IMG/VR virus record: IMGVR_UViG_2728369134_000004
Location: 1 to 64,000 of that record
Strand: one strand, 5' to 3'
DNA from: a virus
Lineage: Duplodnaviria > Caudoviricetes
DNA: 64,000 bases
Shown here: piece after piece, positions 8,225-19,608 of the stretch
How the letters are laid out: the number at the start of each line of letters is the position of its first letter
Numbering within the stretch: position 1 is the stretch's first letter
The notes under the pieces: generated by a model
What the model saw: the letters and a program-made list of their open reading frames with translations, nothing else
Databases searched by the model: none
Told to the model about the DNA's origin: nothing
Program-made: the position numbers and the translations under genes

Positions 8225-11200
8225 TTATGGCTGCTCTGTTTGCGTTGTATTTTCTGTTGTTGGTGTTTCATTCATCAATTTTCTTACCAATTCTTCTAGT
8301 GCCGCGATTCGATTATCTTGATCCACCTCCTTAAGTTTTTGCGCTTCAAGTTCTTGCCTTTGTACCTCAAGTTCCTGCTTCAACATACCGTGATCAAATC
8401 GAAGATTTTCAACTTTAAAGTCAACTTCTTGTATTGCTTGAATAGAAATTGCAACCGAGCTATAAAGTGTTACAGCGTCTTTCTCTGGTGTGGTGAATAC
8501 ATCGTCAGAGTCCTCCGCAATCATACCGTAATTAATTGGAAGTGTAATAGACTCCCCTGACTCAAAGCGTTCAACATCTCTTATAAAGTGATACTGTTTA
8601 ATGTTTACAGAGTTGATTTTATCTAAAGCGGAGAATGGAAGGTCTTCTATGTTCGTTTTAAGCGTACGAGAAGAACTAGGGATAAATTCTTGCGCCCACA
8701 TACGCCCTGTAGCAGATATATTTTCTTTAGCTCGCAGTGTTCTTAATTCTATATCTTTCCACCCTTGACCCATCATATCTTTAATCTGCAAGCCGTTGTT
8801 ATAACCTTGTACAAAACTTGATCTTATCATTGCATTACCCATGACTAAATCATGATCGGTGGCGCCGTTTATGAAATGTATTTTATAGTCACTGCCTTTT
8901 CTTTTGAAAGTAAACTGCCCCGAGTTATTTGTAAAAATATGCGGTTCAGTTGTAGTTACAGAGAAGTAACCATATCCTGGAGCCCATCCTTCAGATTCAA
9001 AAATAATATCATTCAAGTTTTTAAAACGAAATTGTCCATCTGAATATACGCTCAGATGTCCACCGTCATTCTGCATTTGAATATAATTTGACCATATATT
9101 ATTCCCTTCTGCATTTTCCCCTTTAGAAATCCCAAATTTTGCATACGCTTTAGAAGGTTGCTCAACACCATCTATTCGGGGTATCGCTTGATACATATAG
9201 AATGACCCTGTACCTCTATATTTAGTATTGTCAGAACCCAGAACGATGGACGGTTGAATACTTCCATCTGTCGTCTCCATAAATCCCATATAACCGCGAG
9301 GTTTGTTTGCATCAAAAATCTTAAAGTTTTGCTGGTTTATTTCAACAAATCTACTTCCAGTAGTTCTAAGTGTTACTCCTTCTAAAACTTGCCCTTTGAT
9401 ATGGTCTGCTGTAATAAAACCTCTTAGGTTAATCTTGTTCGCATTCAAAGTAATGTTTTCTTTACTCATATTGAATGCTGCGATTACATCATTTTCTTTT
9501 ACAGATATGCTAACACCCTTTTCAGTTAACTGAAGACGGGTTTCCATATCTCTTACATAAGAATCTTTTGCAAATTGCCCATCCGCTTGCGTCTTCGTAT
9601 ATACCTCTGTCTTTTTTGCTGCGGCATTGATACCCTGTTCATTGATAGTAAAACGGTTATCAATCAGAGTCATCTTCTGGTTAAATTGCTCAGTTGCAAG
9701 CTTATTAGCTAATTCATCTAATAAATCTTGTTTATTCTGATTAACTGTTTGCTTCAACTCAGGAATCTTAAACCCAGCGACATAATCCTCCACTTGTTTA
9801 AGCTCAACTTTACCTTCAAGTGCTTTTGCAGTATTTTCCCATCCAGCCTTTGCCTCTTGTAATTGTCTTCCTTGTTCTGTCTGCGTATTTTGTATTAAAG
9901 AGACATTTTGTTTAATAGCAGTTGCATCTTTTTCTACAGTAGCAACACGCTTATCAAATCCACTTTGATTATTTTCTACTTTTGTTATCGTTTCTTTGAT
10001 ACCATCTACACTTCTTGTAATTTCAGTGGTTTTCTTGGTGAATTCATCGGTTGTTACCTGTTCTTCAGGCGCTGGCGTCCAATCCTGTGGTTTATTCCCT
10101 TTATACAGGGCAACCCATTCTACAGTTGCCTTTGTAGTATTACTTGGATAGTTATATAAGCTTAACTTTCGTTCATTCCCACTTGTAGTTGCAACAGCTT
10201 TAAAGGTTACATACGTTATTCCATTCGCATAAACACTTGTTGCATATCCAACGTTATTCGAACCACCATTCTGCCAAATCCCAAATTTCTGACCTTGTGG
10301 GACACTCCCCTTAATTACAAAGGTATATTCCTCACCTGTAAAGAAATTTTCAGTTAGAGAATATTGATTGATTAGATAATCTGTTTTTTCATACTTAATA
10401 TTTGAATCTAATACAAGATTACGTCCTCCAGCTTTATCGTTATTAACCTTTGTTTCTACACTTGTCAACTTTTCGGTGATTTTCCCTGCTTGTTCTTTAA
10501 GTTCAGTTGTTGTTTGCTTTAGTTCACCTGTTGTTTGTTGCACGTCAGAAATAGTCTTTTTTGTGCCTTCCACAGTTTGCTCTACTGTATTTAATTTACT
10601 GCTTATTTCAGTATCTTTTTTCGTTAACGTTTCGATAGAAGTTTTAAATCCATTAGAATCCTGTTCAAACTGAGTTACTTTCTTGTCAATTTCACCTTGT
10701 TTGTTTTCGATATTAGAAATTGTACGACTGACACCCTGTAAACCTTCCTGTACTTGATTGAATTGTCCTGTAGCTTGATTCTGTGCTTCTTGAACCTTTT
10801 GATTTAATTCTGATTTTGTGGACTCAATATCTTTATTAACCTGCTCAAGTGTTTCTTTCTTAACTGATTCAACATCTGGTACAACCGATTCCCAAGCTGT
10901 ACCTGTCCATATTTTTAAAATGCCGGGCTTTCCGTTACTAATATCACGCCAAAGCGTTTTATTAGGTTTAAGACCTGTTGTCGGTGGATTCTTAGCTTCT
11001 ATAATTTCAACAGTATTATTTTTAATATTCTCTTGTACCTTTTCGGCAAGTGTTTTCGCTGCTTCTGATTCTTTCTTAGCGTTACTTGCTGTTTCATTGG
11101 CTTCTTTCACTAATTTATCTAGCTGATCCAACATTTCTTGTTTCTCACCGAATTTACTAAGGATTCGATTGTAAATCTTTCTTAGTTCCTCGTTTGGGTC

Positions 11201-12274
11201 TACTATCTCTCGATAATCCCCAAATTCGTATTTATCTTGTGCAGGATCAGTGAATGATTCGTCACCAGCAATAACACGAGCTTCAAGATATAGCTTAGGT
11301 ATGAAGCCTGTATCTTTGATTCGGATTGTATCGCCTTCATTGATTAGTTCATGTGCTAGTCCGAAAATGCGACCAATCGATTGTGCCTCTACTTCATACG
11401 AAATTGAAGAATTAATACGTTTTTTCAGTTCTATTTCCATTAATGTCATTAAACGTTGCGGAGTCATATTTAACTCTTCTGTTTCTGGCGTATAAAAACC
11501 AAACTTATGCTTACCACGTTCGTTCCATCGTTGAAATGCATCATTATCAACAATATACGGAAGTCCCCTGTTAATACCTTCAATGGTAATTACATTATCG
11601 CCTTCACCTTTTACAAATCCGACTAGTGCTGTACAAATATCTCTTGAATGTTCAATACGTGTAACACCTATCAAATCTTTCCCCAACTCTATTTCTTTAC
11701 CAGTATCTCGGCCACGCCTTTGAATCATATCAACATACCATCCAACTATTTGTGACCCTTGAACCTCAACGCGATATTGAATTTCTAATTTGAATAAAGA
11801 AGCTATTTTCTTTAAAAAAGTTAACGGATCCATAAATTCATCAATGGTCATAGTGTGAAAACCTGCATAATCTGTTTTTCCACGTTTCCATTTCATACCT
11901 ACAAGAGCCATATCAATGAATTCGTTTACTGTTTTACCTTCTATCCTTTGTGGTTTTATAATGCCTGATTTAGCAATTTGAACCCAAGCTCCTGAAGCAT
12001 ATGTGGTAATGGATCGTTTGTCTGAATTCTTCTCTGTTTCTGTAATGACATATGGTACAACTCTTCCATCGCGAACTTCTTTTAGAACAAGATTTTGTTG
12101 TTGTAGTGTAGCTGAATGAGTAGTTCCATCAAAAACAGTGAAATCCAGCATATCAACATTGTTTTTTAGTTCCCAACGCCTATTATCATCCCAATAGTCA
12201 TTTGGCTGAATAGCTGCAACGATTTGATCTGTTTTGAAATCCACAACATGCAAAATCCCGCTTGGTGTTCTCAT
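8225..12274 (-). CDS. Tail spike / Tal-RBP protein with C-terminal peptidase S74 chaperone
   Basis: 1349 aa; Tal-like N-terminus, long coiled coil, SSRTLKTNI chaperone start. Confidence 0.9.
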   Translation of the reverse strand: MRTPSGILHVVDFKTDQIVAAIQPNDYWDDNRRWELKNNVDMLDFTVFDGTTHSATLQQQNLVLKEVRDGRVVPYVITETEKNSDKRSITTYASGAWVQIAKSGIIKPQRIEGKTVNEFIDMALVGMKWKRGKTDYAGFHTMTIDEFMDPLTFLKKIASLFKLEIQYRVEVQGSQIVGWYVDMIQRRGRDTGKEIELGKDLIGVTRIEHSRDICTALVGFVKGEGDNVITIEGINRGLPYIVDNDAFQRWNERGKHKFGFYTPETEELNMTPQRLMTLMEIELKKRINSSISYEVEAQSIGRIFGLAHELINEGDTIRIKDTGFIPKLYLEARVIAGDESFTDPAQDKYEFGDYREIVDPNEELRKIYNRILSKFGEKQEMLDQLDKLVKEANETASNAKKESEAAKTLAEKVQENIKNNTVEIIEAKNPPTTGLKPNKTLWRDISNGKPGILKIWTGTAWESVVPDVESVKKETLEQVNKDIESTKSELNQKVQEAQNQATGQFNQVQEGLQGVSRTISNIENKQGEIDKKVTQFEQDSNGFKTSIETLTKKDTEISSKLNTVEQTVEGTKKTISDVQQTTGELKQTTTELKEQAGKITEKLTSVETKVNNDKAGGRNLVLDSNIKYEKTDYLINQYSLTENFFTGEEYTFVIKGSVPQGQKFGIWQNGGSNNVGYATSVYANGITYVTFKAVATTSGNERKLSLYNYPSNTTKATVEWVALYKGNKPQDWTPAPEEQVTTDEFTKKTTEITRSVDGIKETITKVENNQSGFDKRVATVEKDATAIKQNVSLIQNTQTEQGRQLQEAKAGWENTAKALEGKVELKQVEDYVAGFKIPELKQTVNQNKQDLLDELANKLATEQFNQKMTLIDNRFTINEQGINAAAKKTEVYTKTQADGQFAKDSYVRDMETRLQLTEKGVSISVKENDVIAAFNMSKENITLNANKINLRGFITADHIKGQVLEGVTLRTTGSRFVEINQQNFKIFDANKPRGYMGFMETTDGSIQPSIVLGSDNTKYRGTGSFYMYQAIPRIDGVEQPSKAYAKFGISKGENAEGNNIWSNYIQMQNDGGHLSVYSDGQFRFKNLNDIIFESEGWAPGYGYFSVTTTEPHIFTNNSGQFTFKRKGSDYKIHFINGATDHDLVMGNAMIRSSFVQGYNNGLQIKDMMGQGWKDIELRTLRAKENISATGRMWAQEFIPSSSRTLKTNIEDLPFSALDKINSVNIKQYHFIRDVERFESGESITLPINYGMIAEDSDDVFTTPEKDAVTLYSSVAISIQAIQEVDFKVENLRFDHGMLKQELEVQRQELEAQKLKEVDQDNRIAALEELVRKLMNETPTTENTTQTEQP

Positions 12275-13764
12275 CTGTATCTCTCCCTATAACTAACAGT
12301 CGCTTTAACATCTGGTGGCATTATATCAATACGATTCTCACCACGTATGATATTTGGAAAATTACTAAAAATGTCTTTTAAATTAATCGCATTTTTACCG
12401 TTAATGGTTACAAGACTTTTTTCTGTATCAATTATAATCTTGTCTCCCGTATCAAAAATGTAAGGCGGATTATTTTGAGTATTTAAATTCACTTTCCAAA
12501 ACTTTAAATCTGAAACGGTCATCGCTTCTACTGGCGGTACATCTTGCCATTGCATAATACTGATTTGAATTTGCGCCGCTTTTTCCATGTGATAGTTATT
12601 TTCATCCGTCCACCGCACAAATCGTTCAGAATCATCTTTTTCCGTCCCCGGGAGGAATTTCGAAATATACGCTTCCCATACATTTCCTGTTCTAGCTATC
12701 CACAATCGCCCTTGATACTGGTTCCAAGTGTTTGGATAATCTCCACTTTCATGAATTAAACTTCTTCTTCCTGGTTTATTATCATAACCGATCACCATTG
12801 TTCCGAAGTTTTGTTCAGCTTGCCAAAATACATCAGTCATAGCTATTTTCGAAAGCACTTTACTGTTTTCATCTAATATCGCTATTTCCACTCGACCCAT
12901 CTCATTGATACGTTTACTTTTACATGTAACATAAGCCTGCATAATAAAATCTTGCACTGGCCCATTAGGTATATTTTTTTTAACAGCTGCACCATTCCAT
13001 CCTTTTCCTGTCCCTGTACCATAATTAGAGCAATAAAATTGATAACCGTCTGATTTCATTTCACCGACTGGGTTGCCATCTTCCATTGAACTTACTTTAC
13101 TCCACCCAACAGTGGTAGTCATTTCATCCCATATCAGCCTTTGATTTCTCTCTACAGGTAGTTGCTCTGTTTTCAACGGATAACCGATTCTAAAATAATC
13201 ACGATTATACGGATACTCACCAAACCATACATCTAAAAATGTACTCGGTTTCTTGGCCTCAATCTCAATAATTGGAGGCGCTTCTACATTACCTTGATTG
13301 ACGAAAGAAGTAGTGATTTCAGTGGACCAGTTTTGAGTAAACGTATGAGTATTTTGTTTACCTAATTTATACGGCATTGGACAAACAAAAGTAATAACAC
13401 CTCTACCTCTATTGACTATTTCGTCCAAATCAACAGAACCATCAATTAATGCTAAATAAGTCCTGTCTAACTCATCATCAAAAATAAGTTCAGCTGGTTG
13501 CTCTGTATATAGCCAATCTGCTAAATCTTCTTTTATCTTTTGCAAATCCGCCATATCTTTTTTTGCTTTAATGACAAGAGGAACATCAATACGACGTTCC
13601 TCCGTTTCTGTATTAATAAAAAGAGCCCCTGCACGATGAGGGACTCTTACTAATTTTCTTTTAACTGGAGCCCATGAAGGACGTTTTCTTCCAACCAGCA
13701 TTTGAATATAATCTTTTCTAATATTATTAAAAGTAAAACTAAGTTTCCCCAACGTGCTCACCAC
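12271..13764 (-). CDS. Distal tail protein (Dit)
   Basis: SFTFNN... Sipho_tail-type sequence directly after the tape measure gene. Confidence 0.9.
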   Translation of the reverse strand: MVSTLGKLSFTFNNIRKDYIQMLVGRKRPSWAPVKRKLVRVPHRAGALFINTETEERRIDVPLVIKAKKDMADLQKIKEDLADWLYTEQPAELIFDDELDRTYLALIDGSVDLDEIVNRGRGVITFVCPMPYKLGKQNTHTFTQNWSTEITTSFVNQGNVEAPPIIEIEAKKPSTFLDVWFGEYPYNRDYFRIGYPLKTEQLPVERNQRLIWDEMTTTVGWSKVSSMEDGNPVGEMKSDGYQFYCSNYGTGTGKGWNGAAVKKNIPNGPVQDFIMQAYVTCKSKRINEMGRVEIAILDENSKVLSKIAMTDVFWQAEQNFGTMVIGYDNKPGRRSLIHESGDYPNTWNQYQGRLWIARTGNVWEAYISKFLPGTEKDDSERFVRWTDENNYHMEKAAQIQISIMQWQDVPPVEAMTVSDLKFWKVNLNTQNNPPYIFDTGDKIIIDTEKSLVTINGKNAINLKDIFSNFPNIIRGENRIDIMPPDVKATVSYRERYR

Positions 13765-13766
13765 CC

Positions 13767-16700
13767 TTAAAATTCCGCTCTTCTTTTTTGTTCACGATCT
13801 TGAAGTTTTGTAGTGTAGGTGTAACTTCCATTTGCAAGCTCTTTCCCATCTAAAACATTTGTCATATTTACAGTTAATTTCAGTTCTTGCTCTCCACCCG
13901 CTCTATCTGGGAATATAGTTTTAGCCATAGATTGGTTGTTATAAGCTAATTGCGGTTGCGTGTATCCGCTAAAATTGCCAAACGTATTTTGTGGGATACT
14001 ATATTGATTTGTTTGGAATCCAAAATCAAAAATAGATGGCATATTCCCCATCTGCTTCTTAACGGTTCCGACTACATTTTTCGCTGCATCAACAACAAAC
14101 CGTTTTCCTTTATCCATACCAACCCCAACACCTTCTGGAACTGCGCTACCGACTGGAATCATCACTTTAGACGGACTGTTAATTTCTAGTGCTCCAGAAA
14201 TAGTCTTTTTAATCTCTCCAGCAATGCTTTTCGCCTTACTATATAAACCACCTGTCGCATCATCCAACCCTCTTCCAAGACCTTCTATAATTGATTTACC
14301 AATGGAACGTAAATTTATAGAACTGAAAAATTTTTCAACTGTATTCCATTTTTCTTCGATACCGCTTTTCACTTCGTTCATCTTATCTTTTACCGCTTGG
14401 ACTTTTTCACCAAATTTTCTCGAAACTGTATTTTTTATTTCCTCTACCTTGTTACTTGCAGAGTTTTTCATATCTTCATATTTGTTGGTAACATCTGACC
14501 ACGTTTCTTTCATTTTTCGGACAACATCATCTTTCATAACTTGATATTTCGATTTTACTTGGCCCGTTTCCCAATCTACCTGATTTGCATGTTCACCAGC
14601 TTGCGCTTTTGCTTCACTCACAATTTCTCGATGTTTATCTTTTGCTGTAGAAACCGTGCTATTATATTGACGATTCGCTTCCGCAATAGCTGCATCCGCT
14701 TCTTCTTTATTAAGTGTTCCTGACTCATCTCGTAAACGTATAGCATACGCAATTTTATCATCACGAGTTTTCTTTGCATCTTCAATAACCTTATCTCTTG
14801 CTTTAGCACTATTTTCAACAACTTCGGCTGCTTGTCTAGCTGTAATTTCGCTAGCTTGCACCCGCATATTTTCATAAATAACTTTTTGCTCCATTTGATT
14901 TTTAGACATATGTTGGATAGCTGTTCTATCCATTTCATCTTGTAAAGCTTGTAAAGAAATTCTTTCAGATGTAGTAAATTCACGTTTTTCATTTGCTGCC
15001 GTTTGAATAATTTCTTTAATTTTATTTTCTTTTTCTTGCGTCTTTAACTTTTCTTGTTCGTAATGTTGATTCATTTGTTCAATCCGCTTATTTTCTTCTT
15101 CTGCAGTTAATACATAAGAATCCGCAAAAAACTTTTTAAGTCCTTCGACCTCTTTTTGTTGTCTTGCATTTGTTTTTTCTATAATCGTATTACCTAATTT
15201 GTCGTATTGACCAATCAACTTCTGCGACTGTTCTTCTGTTATTACTTCATGATTCAATCTAATTTCAGTTAACTTTTGTCTAATACCATCGGACAGTTTA
15301 AAATACTCGCCAAGAACCTTCTTTGTTGAGGAGCTTACTTTCCCTTCTGTATTTGTAGCAAAACGATCTACTGAAGCGATACTGTCTTCAGTTGCTTTTT
15401 GATATGCTTTATATGCAACTACTCCAGTTCCGATAAGAGCCGCTGCTATTAAACCAACAGGCCCAAGAAGTACTCCTAATGCACTTCCTAAAAATCCAAC
15501 CGCAGCACCAGCAAGACCTGCAGCGCCACCAGCAATTCCTAATGATGTTGCTAGCGCTCCAATCCCTGACATAACCATCCCGACTGCCGCTAAAACTACA
15601 CCGATTGCAGCGGCTACCGCTGTTAAAGCAAGAACAATACCACCTGTAATTGCTATTGCCTTTTGTACAGGAGCAGGTAAAGAGTTAAATCCATCAACAA
15701 GTTTTTGTAAACCCGCAACAAAAGCACTCACTACAGGAGCAAGTGCGTCACCAATTGTCTTTTTCATAGTAGAAAACGCTGAATCTAATAATGTAATTCG
15801 TCCTTGTAGAGTATCAATTTTAGTCGCTGCAACATCAGCAGCCGTAACTTTAGACATGGCATCCCACATCTCATTGACACCTTTTGCTCCTTCTTTAAAG
15901 AGAATAGTCGCACCACGTACCGCATCCGAACCAAATAATGTTTCTAAAGCCATGCTTCGTTGCTGGTCTGTCAAATCTTTCATTGATTCATGAAGTGTCC
16001 CTGAAATATTTTCTAGACTTTGAATATGCCCTTGTTGATCGTAGAATTTTGATGATAAGAAAGCTGAACTTGTTGCTAATTCACGAAATGTTGTATCACA
16101 TTTATCATTCCATTTCGTTACACCTTCTGTTTTCATTACATATTGTTCTAAAGCTACTTCTATATCCCCTACATTTCTGGAAGCTGGTTGAATACCGTTT
16201 TTAACTAAGAAATCAAAACCAGCCTGCGCATTATAAGTAATAAGTCCTAAATCTCTCATTTTGTTATATGCTTCTTTTGTTGAAGGATTTAAACGCATGA
16301 GCATTGTTTTTAAAGATGTTCCTGCATCTGATCCCTTTAGACCATTTTGAGCAAACACTGCCAGAGTCGTAGCTGTATCTTTAAACGTCATCCCTGCTCC
16401 TGCTGCTACTGCTGAAGATGCCGCTAAACCATATTTCAGTTCACGTACATCTGTAGCCGATGCGTTTGCTGCACCTGATAAAATGTTAGCCGCATCCGCT
16501 ACTGATAGATGGTCTGCTTTAAACGCATTTAAGGCTGTCGATGCAATTTCTGCCGCTTCACCTAAATCTAATTCTCCAGCAGTGGCTAGGTTCAGCGCAC
16601 CAGATAGACCCCCATTAATAATATCTGTTAAACTGACACCAGCTTTTATTAATTCTTCAATACCTTTTCCTGCTTCTACAGAAGAATATTTTGTTGTTTC

Positions 16701-17618
16701 ACCCATATTGACAGCTAATTCACTTAATTTCTTCATTTCTTCTCCAGTAGAACCAGATACTGCTTTAACATTAGCCATTTGCTGTTCAAAATTCATCGAT
16801 TCTGTAACTGCGGACTTTAAACCACGACCTATTGCATATGTCATTCCACCAAAAACAATACCAATTTGACTTCCTGCATTTTGCAAATGATTCCCCAGTG
16901 TTTCCATGCGATTCCCGAAATTCAGTAGTCGATTCCCTTGTTGCTCAAGTTCATGATTTGACTGACGTAATCCTTGTTCAAATCGATTTAATTCAGCAGT
17001 GGCCCTATGAATTTGTTCTGCGTAACGTTGCGCTGATTGACTCGCTTCTCCTTCCTCGGTTTTAGCGCGATTATAAGCTGACTGAAGCTCCCTAATTTTC
17101 TCTTTTTGCTTATCTACCATACGAGATAGAACATCAATTTTCGCTCGTGTCTGTTCAGTCGCATTGGTGTACCCATGCATCCCCGTTGTAACCGCTTGGA
17201 ATTCAGCTTGTAAAGATTTCAATGAATTATTTAATTTATCCATTGCTGTTTGTTGCGCCTGACGATTCACTTGTTTGAGTTCATTCTCAAATCGATTTAA
17301 ATCCGCAACAGCCTTATTAACTTGTGCAGCGTACCGCTGAGTTGCAGCATCATTTTCACCTAATTTAGCTTTGTTCTGATCATAAGCTTGACGTAATGCC
17401 TTAACTTTTTCTTTTTGGGCTTCAATGAGTCTGCTGAGCGTATTCAATTTTGCCTGTGTTTGCTGACTAGCGTTGGCAAAACCGCCCATCCCTGTGCTTA
17501 CAGATTTCAACTCATTCTGTAACGTCCTGACTGCACGCCCTGAATTTGAGATACCTTGTCGAAAGTTTACATTATCAAGGGAAAGTCTAACGACCAGATT
17601 ATTTATTTCGTTCGCCAT
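13767..17618 (-). CDS. Tape measure protein
   Basis: 1283 aa, TP901-type core, INSPSKVM C-terminal motif. Confidence 0.95.
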   Translation of the reverse strand: MANEINNLVVRLSLDNVNFRQGISNSGRAVRTLQNELKSVSTGMGGFANASQQTQAKLNTLSRLIEAQKEKVKALRQAYDQNKAKLGENDAATQRYAAQVNKAVADLNRFENELKQVNRQAQQTAMDKLNNSLKSLQAEFQAVTTGMHGYTNATEQTRAKIDVLSRMVDKQKEKIRELQSAYNRAKTEEGEASQSAQRYAEQIHRATAELNRFEQGLRQSNHELEQQGNRLLNFGNRMETLGNHLQNAGSQIGIVFGGMTYAIGRGLKSAVTESMNFEQQMANVKAVSGSTGEEMKKLSELAVNMGETTKYSSVEAGKGIEELIKAGVSLTDIINGGLSGALNLATAGELDLGEAAEIASTALNAFKADHLSVADAANILSGAANASATDVRELKYGLAASSAVAAGAGMTFKDTATTLAVFAQNGLKGSDAGTSLKTMLMRLNPSTKEAYNKMRDLGLITYNAQAGFDFLVKNGIQPASRNVGDIEVALEQYVMKTEGVTKWNDKCDTTFRELATSSAFLSSKFYDQQGHIQSLENISGTLHESMKDLTDQQRSMALETLFGSDAVRGATILFKEGAKGVNEMWDAMSKVTAADVAATKIDTLQGRITLLDSAFSTMKKTIGDALAPVVSAFVAGLQKLVDGFNSLPAPVQKAIAITGGIVLALTAVAAAIGVVLAAVGMVMSGIGALATSLGIAGGAAGLAGAAVGFLGSALGVLLGPVGLIAAALIGTGVVAYKAYQKATEDSIASVDRFATNTEGKVSSSTKKVLGEYFKLSDGIRQKLTEIRLNHEVITEEQSQKLIGQYDKLGNTIIEKTNARQQKEVEGLKKFFADSYVLTAEEENKRIEQMNQHYEQEKLKTQEKENKIKEIIQTAANEKREFTTSERISLQALQDEMDRTAIQHMSKNQMEQKVIYENMRVQASEITARQAAEVVENSAKARDKVIEDAKKTRDDKIAYAIRLRDESGTLNKEEADAAIAEANRQYNSTVSTAKDKHREIVSEAKAQAGEHANQVDWETGQVKSKYQVMKDDVVRKMKETWSDVTNKYEDMKNSASNKVEEIKNTVSRKFGEKVQAVKDKMNEVKSGIEEKWNTVEKFFSSINLRSIGKSIIEGLGRGLDDATGGLYSKAKSIAGEIKKTISGALEINSPSKVMIPVGSAVPEGVGVGMDKGKRFVVDAAKNVVGTVKKQMGNMPSIFDFGFQTNQYSIPQNTFGNFSGYTQPQLAYNNQSMAKTIFPDRAGGEQELKLTVNMTNVLDGKELANGSYTYTTKLQDREQKRRAEF

Positions 17619-17634
17619 AGTCTCACCTCCCTCG

Positions 17635-17829
17635 TTAAATAATGTTTTCAGCTGGCACTTCTACTTCATTTGAATTAGATCCTTCGTGATTTTCATTTCC
17701 GTTTTCATGCATTTTGCGATTAAGCCTCAAATAATGCCAAATATCCATCTCATTATCAATGTGATGGTGTTTGTACCCTTGTTGCAATAAAGAGAGGTAG
17801 AGTTCATCCATAAACTCGCCGAATGTCAA
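17635..17829 (-). CDS. Tail assembly chaperone, frameshifted extension (gpT-like)
   Basis: In the -1 frame relative to the upstream chaperone. Confidence 0.75.
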   Translation of the reverse strand: MTFGEFMDELYLSLLQQGYKHHHIDNEMDIWHYLRLNRKMHENGNENHEGSNSNEVEVPAENII

Positions 17830-17840
17830 CCCTCCTCCCT

Positions 17841-18158
17841 CTATACGTTTGGGTTTTCTACTCCATCAGCTACAGGATTAGCGCCCGCTGCTTCTACCGT
17901 TTCATTAACTAGAGCATTAATTACATCTGTTGTCGTTAGTAAAAATTTCCGAGCGTCTATACCGTCCCAATACTGATCTACTGTAAATTGTTCACCGTAA
18001 ACCTGTACAACATATTCCACCATCTTATCTAAATCGGAAGCTTCAGGATTATTTGGAATGTCTGCAAGTTCAGGAGCTCGGCGAATTAAACGAGCTGGGA
18101 TGAATGCTGGTAAGTTAAAAGTTTTTTCTTCGTTATTGATTCGTAAAGTTAATTTCAT
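17841..18158 (-). CDS. Tail assembly chaperone (gpG-like)
   Basis: Between major tail and tape measure genes; slippery CCCAAAC at its end. Confidence 0.85.
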   Translation of the reverse strand: MKLTLRINNEEKTFNLPAFIPARLIRRAPELADIPNNPEASDLDKMVEYVVQVYGEQFTVDQYWDGIDARKFLLTTTDVINALVNETVEAAGANPVADGVENPNV

Positions 18159-18205
18159 AATTTATTCCTCCTTAAATAATAAAAAGAGAGAGCATTTGCT
18201 CCCTC

Positions 18206-18814
18206 TTATTTTCCTGCTGGTGGTTGTGCGACTGGTTTTTCATATACTTTATTAAACCAATTATCTCCAACTGATTTTGTAAACGTTGGCTCATCTTCAT
18301 CCGCTGTAAATTTCGTTCTATCATCAAAATCACGTTCAATAAAGGAACCTTTCAATTTTGTTGTTTGGAAATTCGGTTTATCTTTTTTCGTTTCAGCCTC
18401 TTCTTCCTCTTGTGAAAGTTTCCCTTTTAATAACCAAACATATCGATACTTACCATTGGCTTTTAAGAATCGGAAACCAATAGCTAAATATGGTTTCTCA
18501 CCTTCACGTTTCTCATCTAAAACTCCATCTTTTACTTCTGGAAACCCTTCAATGTCAGCCTTTGTTGATAGAGAAATACTTCGAAGTTCGATTTCCACTT
18601 CAGTTTCACCATCAGATTCTGCAATCTCTGATTTTCTGTTATCGCTCCACATAACCTCAGAAGATACTTTTTTAGTTAATTTAACCTTTACTGCACCTTC
18701 CATTTTTTTAACCGTGCTGTAATCAACACCAGTTGCATCATCTTTTAATGACTTCGCATAAACTAGGTTATCTACACCGACAGTCGAACTAATTTTAATA
18801 ACTTCTCCAGCCAT
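18206..18814 (-). CDS. Major tail protein (phi13 family)
   Basis: GVDNLVYA...YRYVWLLKGK motifs. Confidence 0.9.
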   Translation of the reverse strand: MAGEVIKISSTVGVDNLVYAKSLKDDATGVDYSTVKKMEGAVKVKLTKKVSSEVMWSDNRKSEIAESDGETEVEIELRSISLSTKADIEGFPEVKDGVLDEKREGEKPYLAIGFRFLKANGKYRYVWLLKGKLSQEEEEAETKKDKPNFQTTKLKGSFIERDFDDRTKFTADEDEPTFTKSVGDNWFNKVYEKPVAQPPAGK

Positions 18815-19174
18815 CTATAACTCCACTCCTTTTGCGAATCGCATCGCGTAATGAAATATTTCTGTATCATCTTCATATAAATCAGCAATCGCATAACGTG
18901 AGAAGCCGATACTTTTCATGACTTCATTCACTTTTTGATGAATTGCTGTTGTACTACCCTTTGCCCAAACATCAATTTGAAACAAGACTTCACTTTCAAT
19001 TTCTCGATTATCTGCAAATCCATCTGGCCTATTATCTAATTCAAAATACGTAATTCGCGGAAACTCTTCTGCTTTCTTTGCTTTACGGTAATAAATTCTT
19101 TTTCCACCTAACAATGAAACAAGCTCTTGATTATTCTCAAGAGCTTGTAAAATATCAGGTCTTAGATTTATCAC
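18815..19174 (-). CDS. Tail terminator (DUF3168-like)
   Basis: FPRITY...FQIDVW; position. Confidence 0.8.
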   Translation of the reverse strand: MINLRPDILQALENNQELVSLLGGKRIYYRKAKKAEEFPRITYFELDNRPDGFADNREIESEVLFQIDVWAKGSTTAIHQKVNEVMKSIGFSRYAIADLYEDDTEIFHYAMRFAKGVEL

Positions 19175-19608
19175 AGGTTCAACCTCATTTCGTTCTTTAA
19201 AATATCTGTCATAGCACGTACAGCTTCCGCTTTTGAAGCATTAAAACCCGGCTCTATAAATGGATGTGCTGGCATTTTGGATGTACCCCACTCTAAAAAC
19301 TTTCCATAGAAATATGGAGAACGATCCGCTTTGTCTATTCCAATCTTAATCGTTTTCACACCATTTTCCATTCGTGCCTTCGTAACTCGTATATTATCAA
19401 GCAAATGTTGGCCCGTACGCCAAGGTTCACTTTTGGAAGGTTTCTTAGGACTTGAACTCCTCGGTTCACTTCTTTCTGCAATAGCTTTTCGAATTTGTTC
19501 ACCACCGGATGCAAGAGCTTTATCTTCAATTTCCTCTCCGCGTAACCCCATTTGATTTAATTCAGTAACTAAACGATCAAAACCTAACAAATCTACACCA
19601 TCAGCCAT
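19171..19608 (-). CDS. HK97 gp10-like tail completion protein
   Basis: FLEWGTSKMPAHPFIEP motif. Confidence 0.9.
   Translation of the reverse strand: MADGVDLLGFDRLVTELNQMGLRGEEIEDKALASGGEQIRKAIAERSEPRSSSPKKPSKSEPWRTGQHLLDNIRVTKARMENGVKTIKIGIDKADRSPYFYGKFLEWGTSKMPAHPFIEPGFNASKAEAVRAMTDILKNEMRLNL

Noticed and set aside
8225-12274. Diversity-generating retroelement on tail proteins
   Set aside because: No reverse transcriptase ORF and no adenine-variant template/variable repeat pair seen
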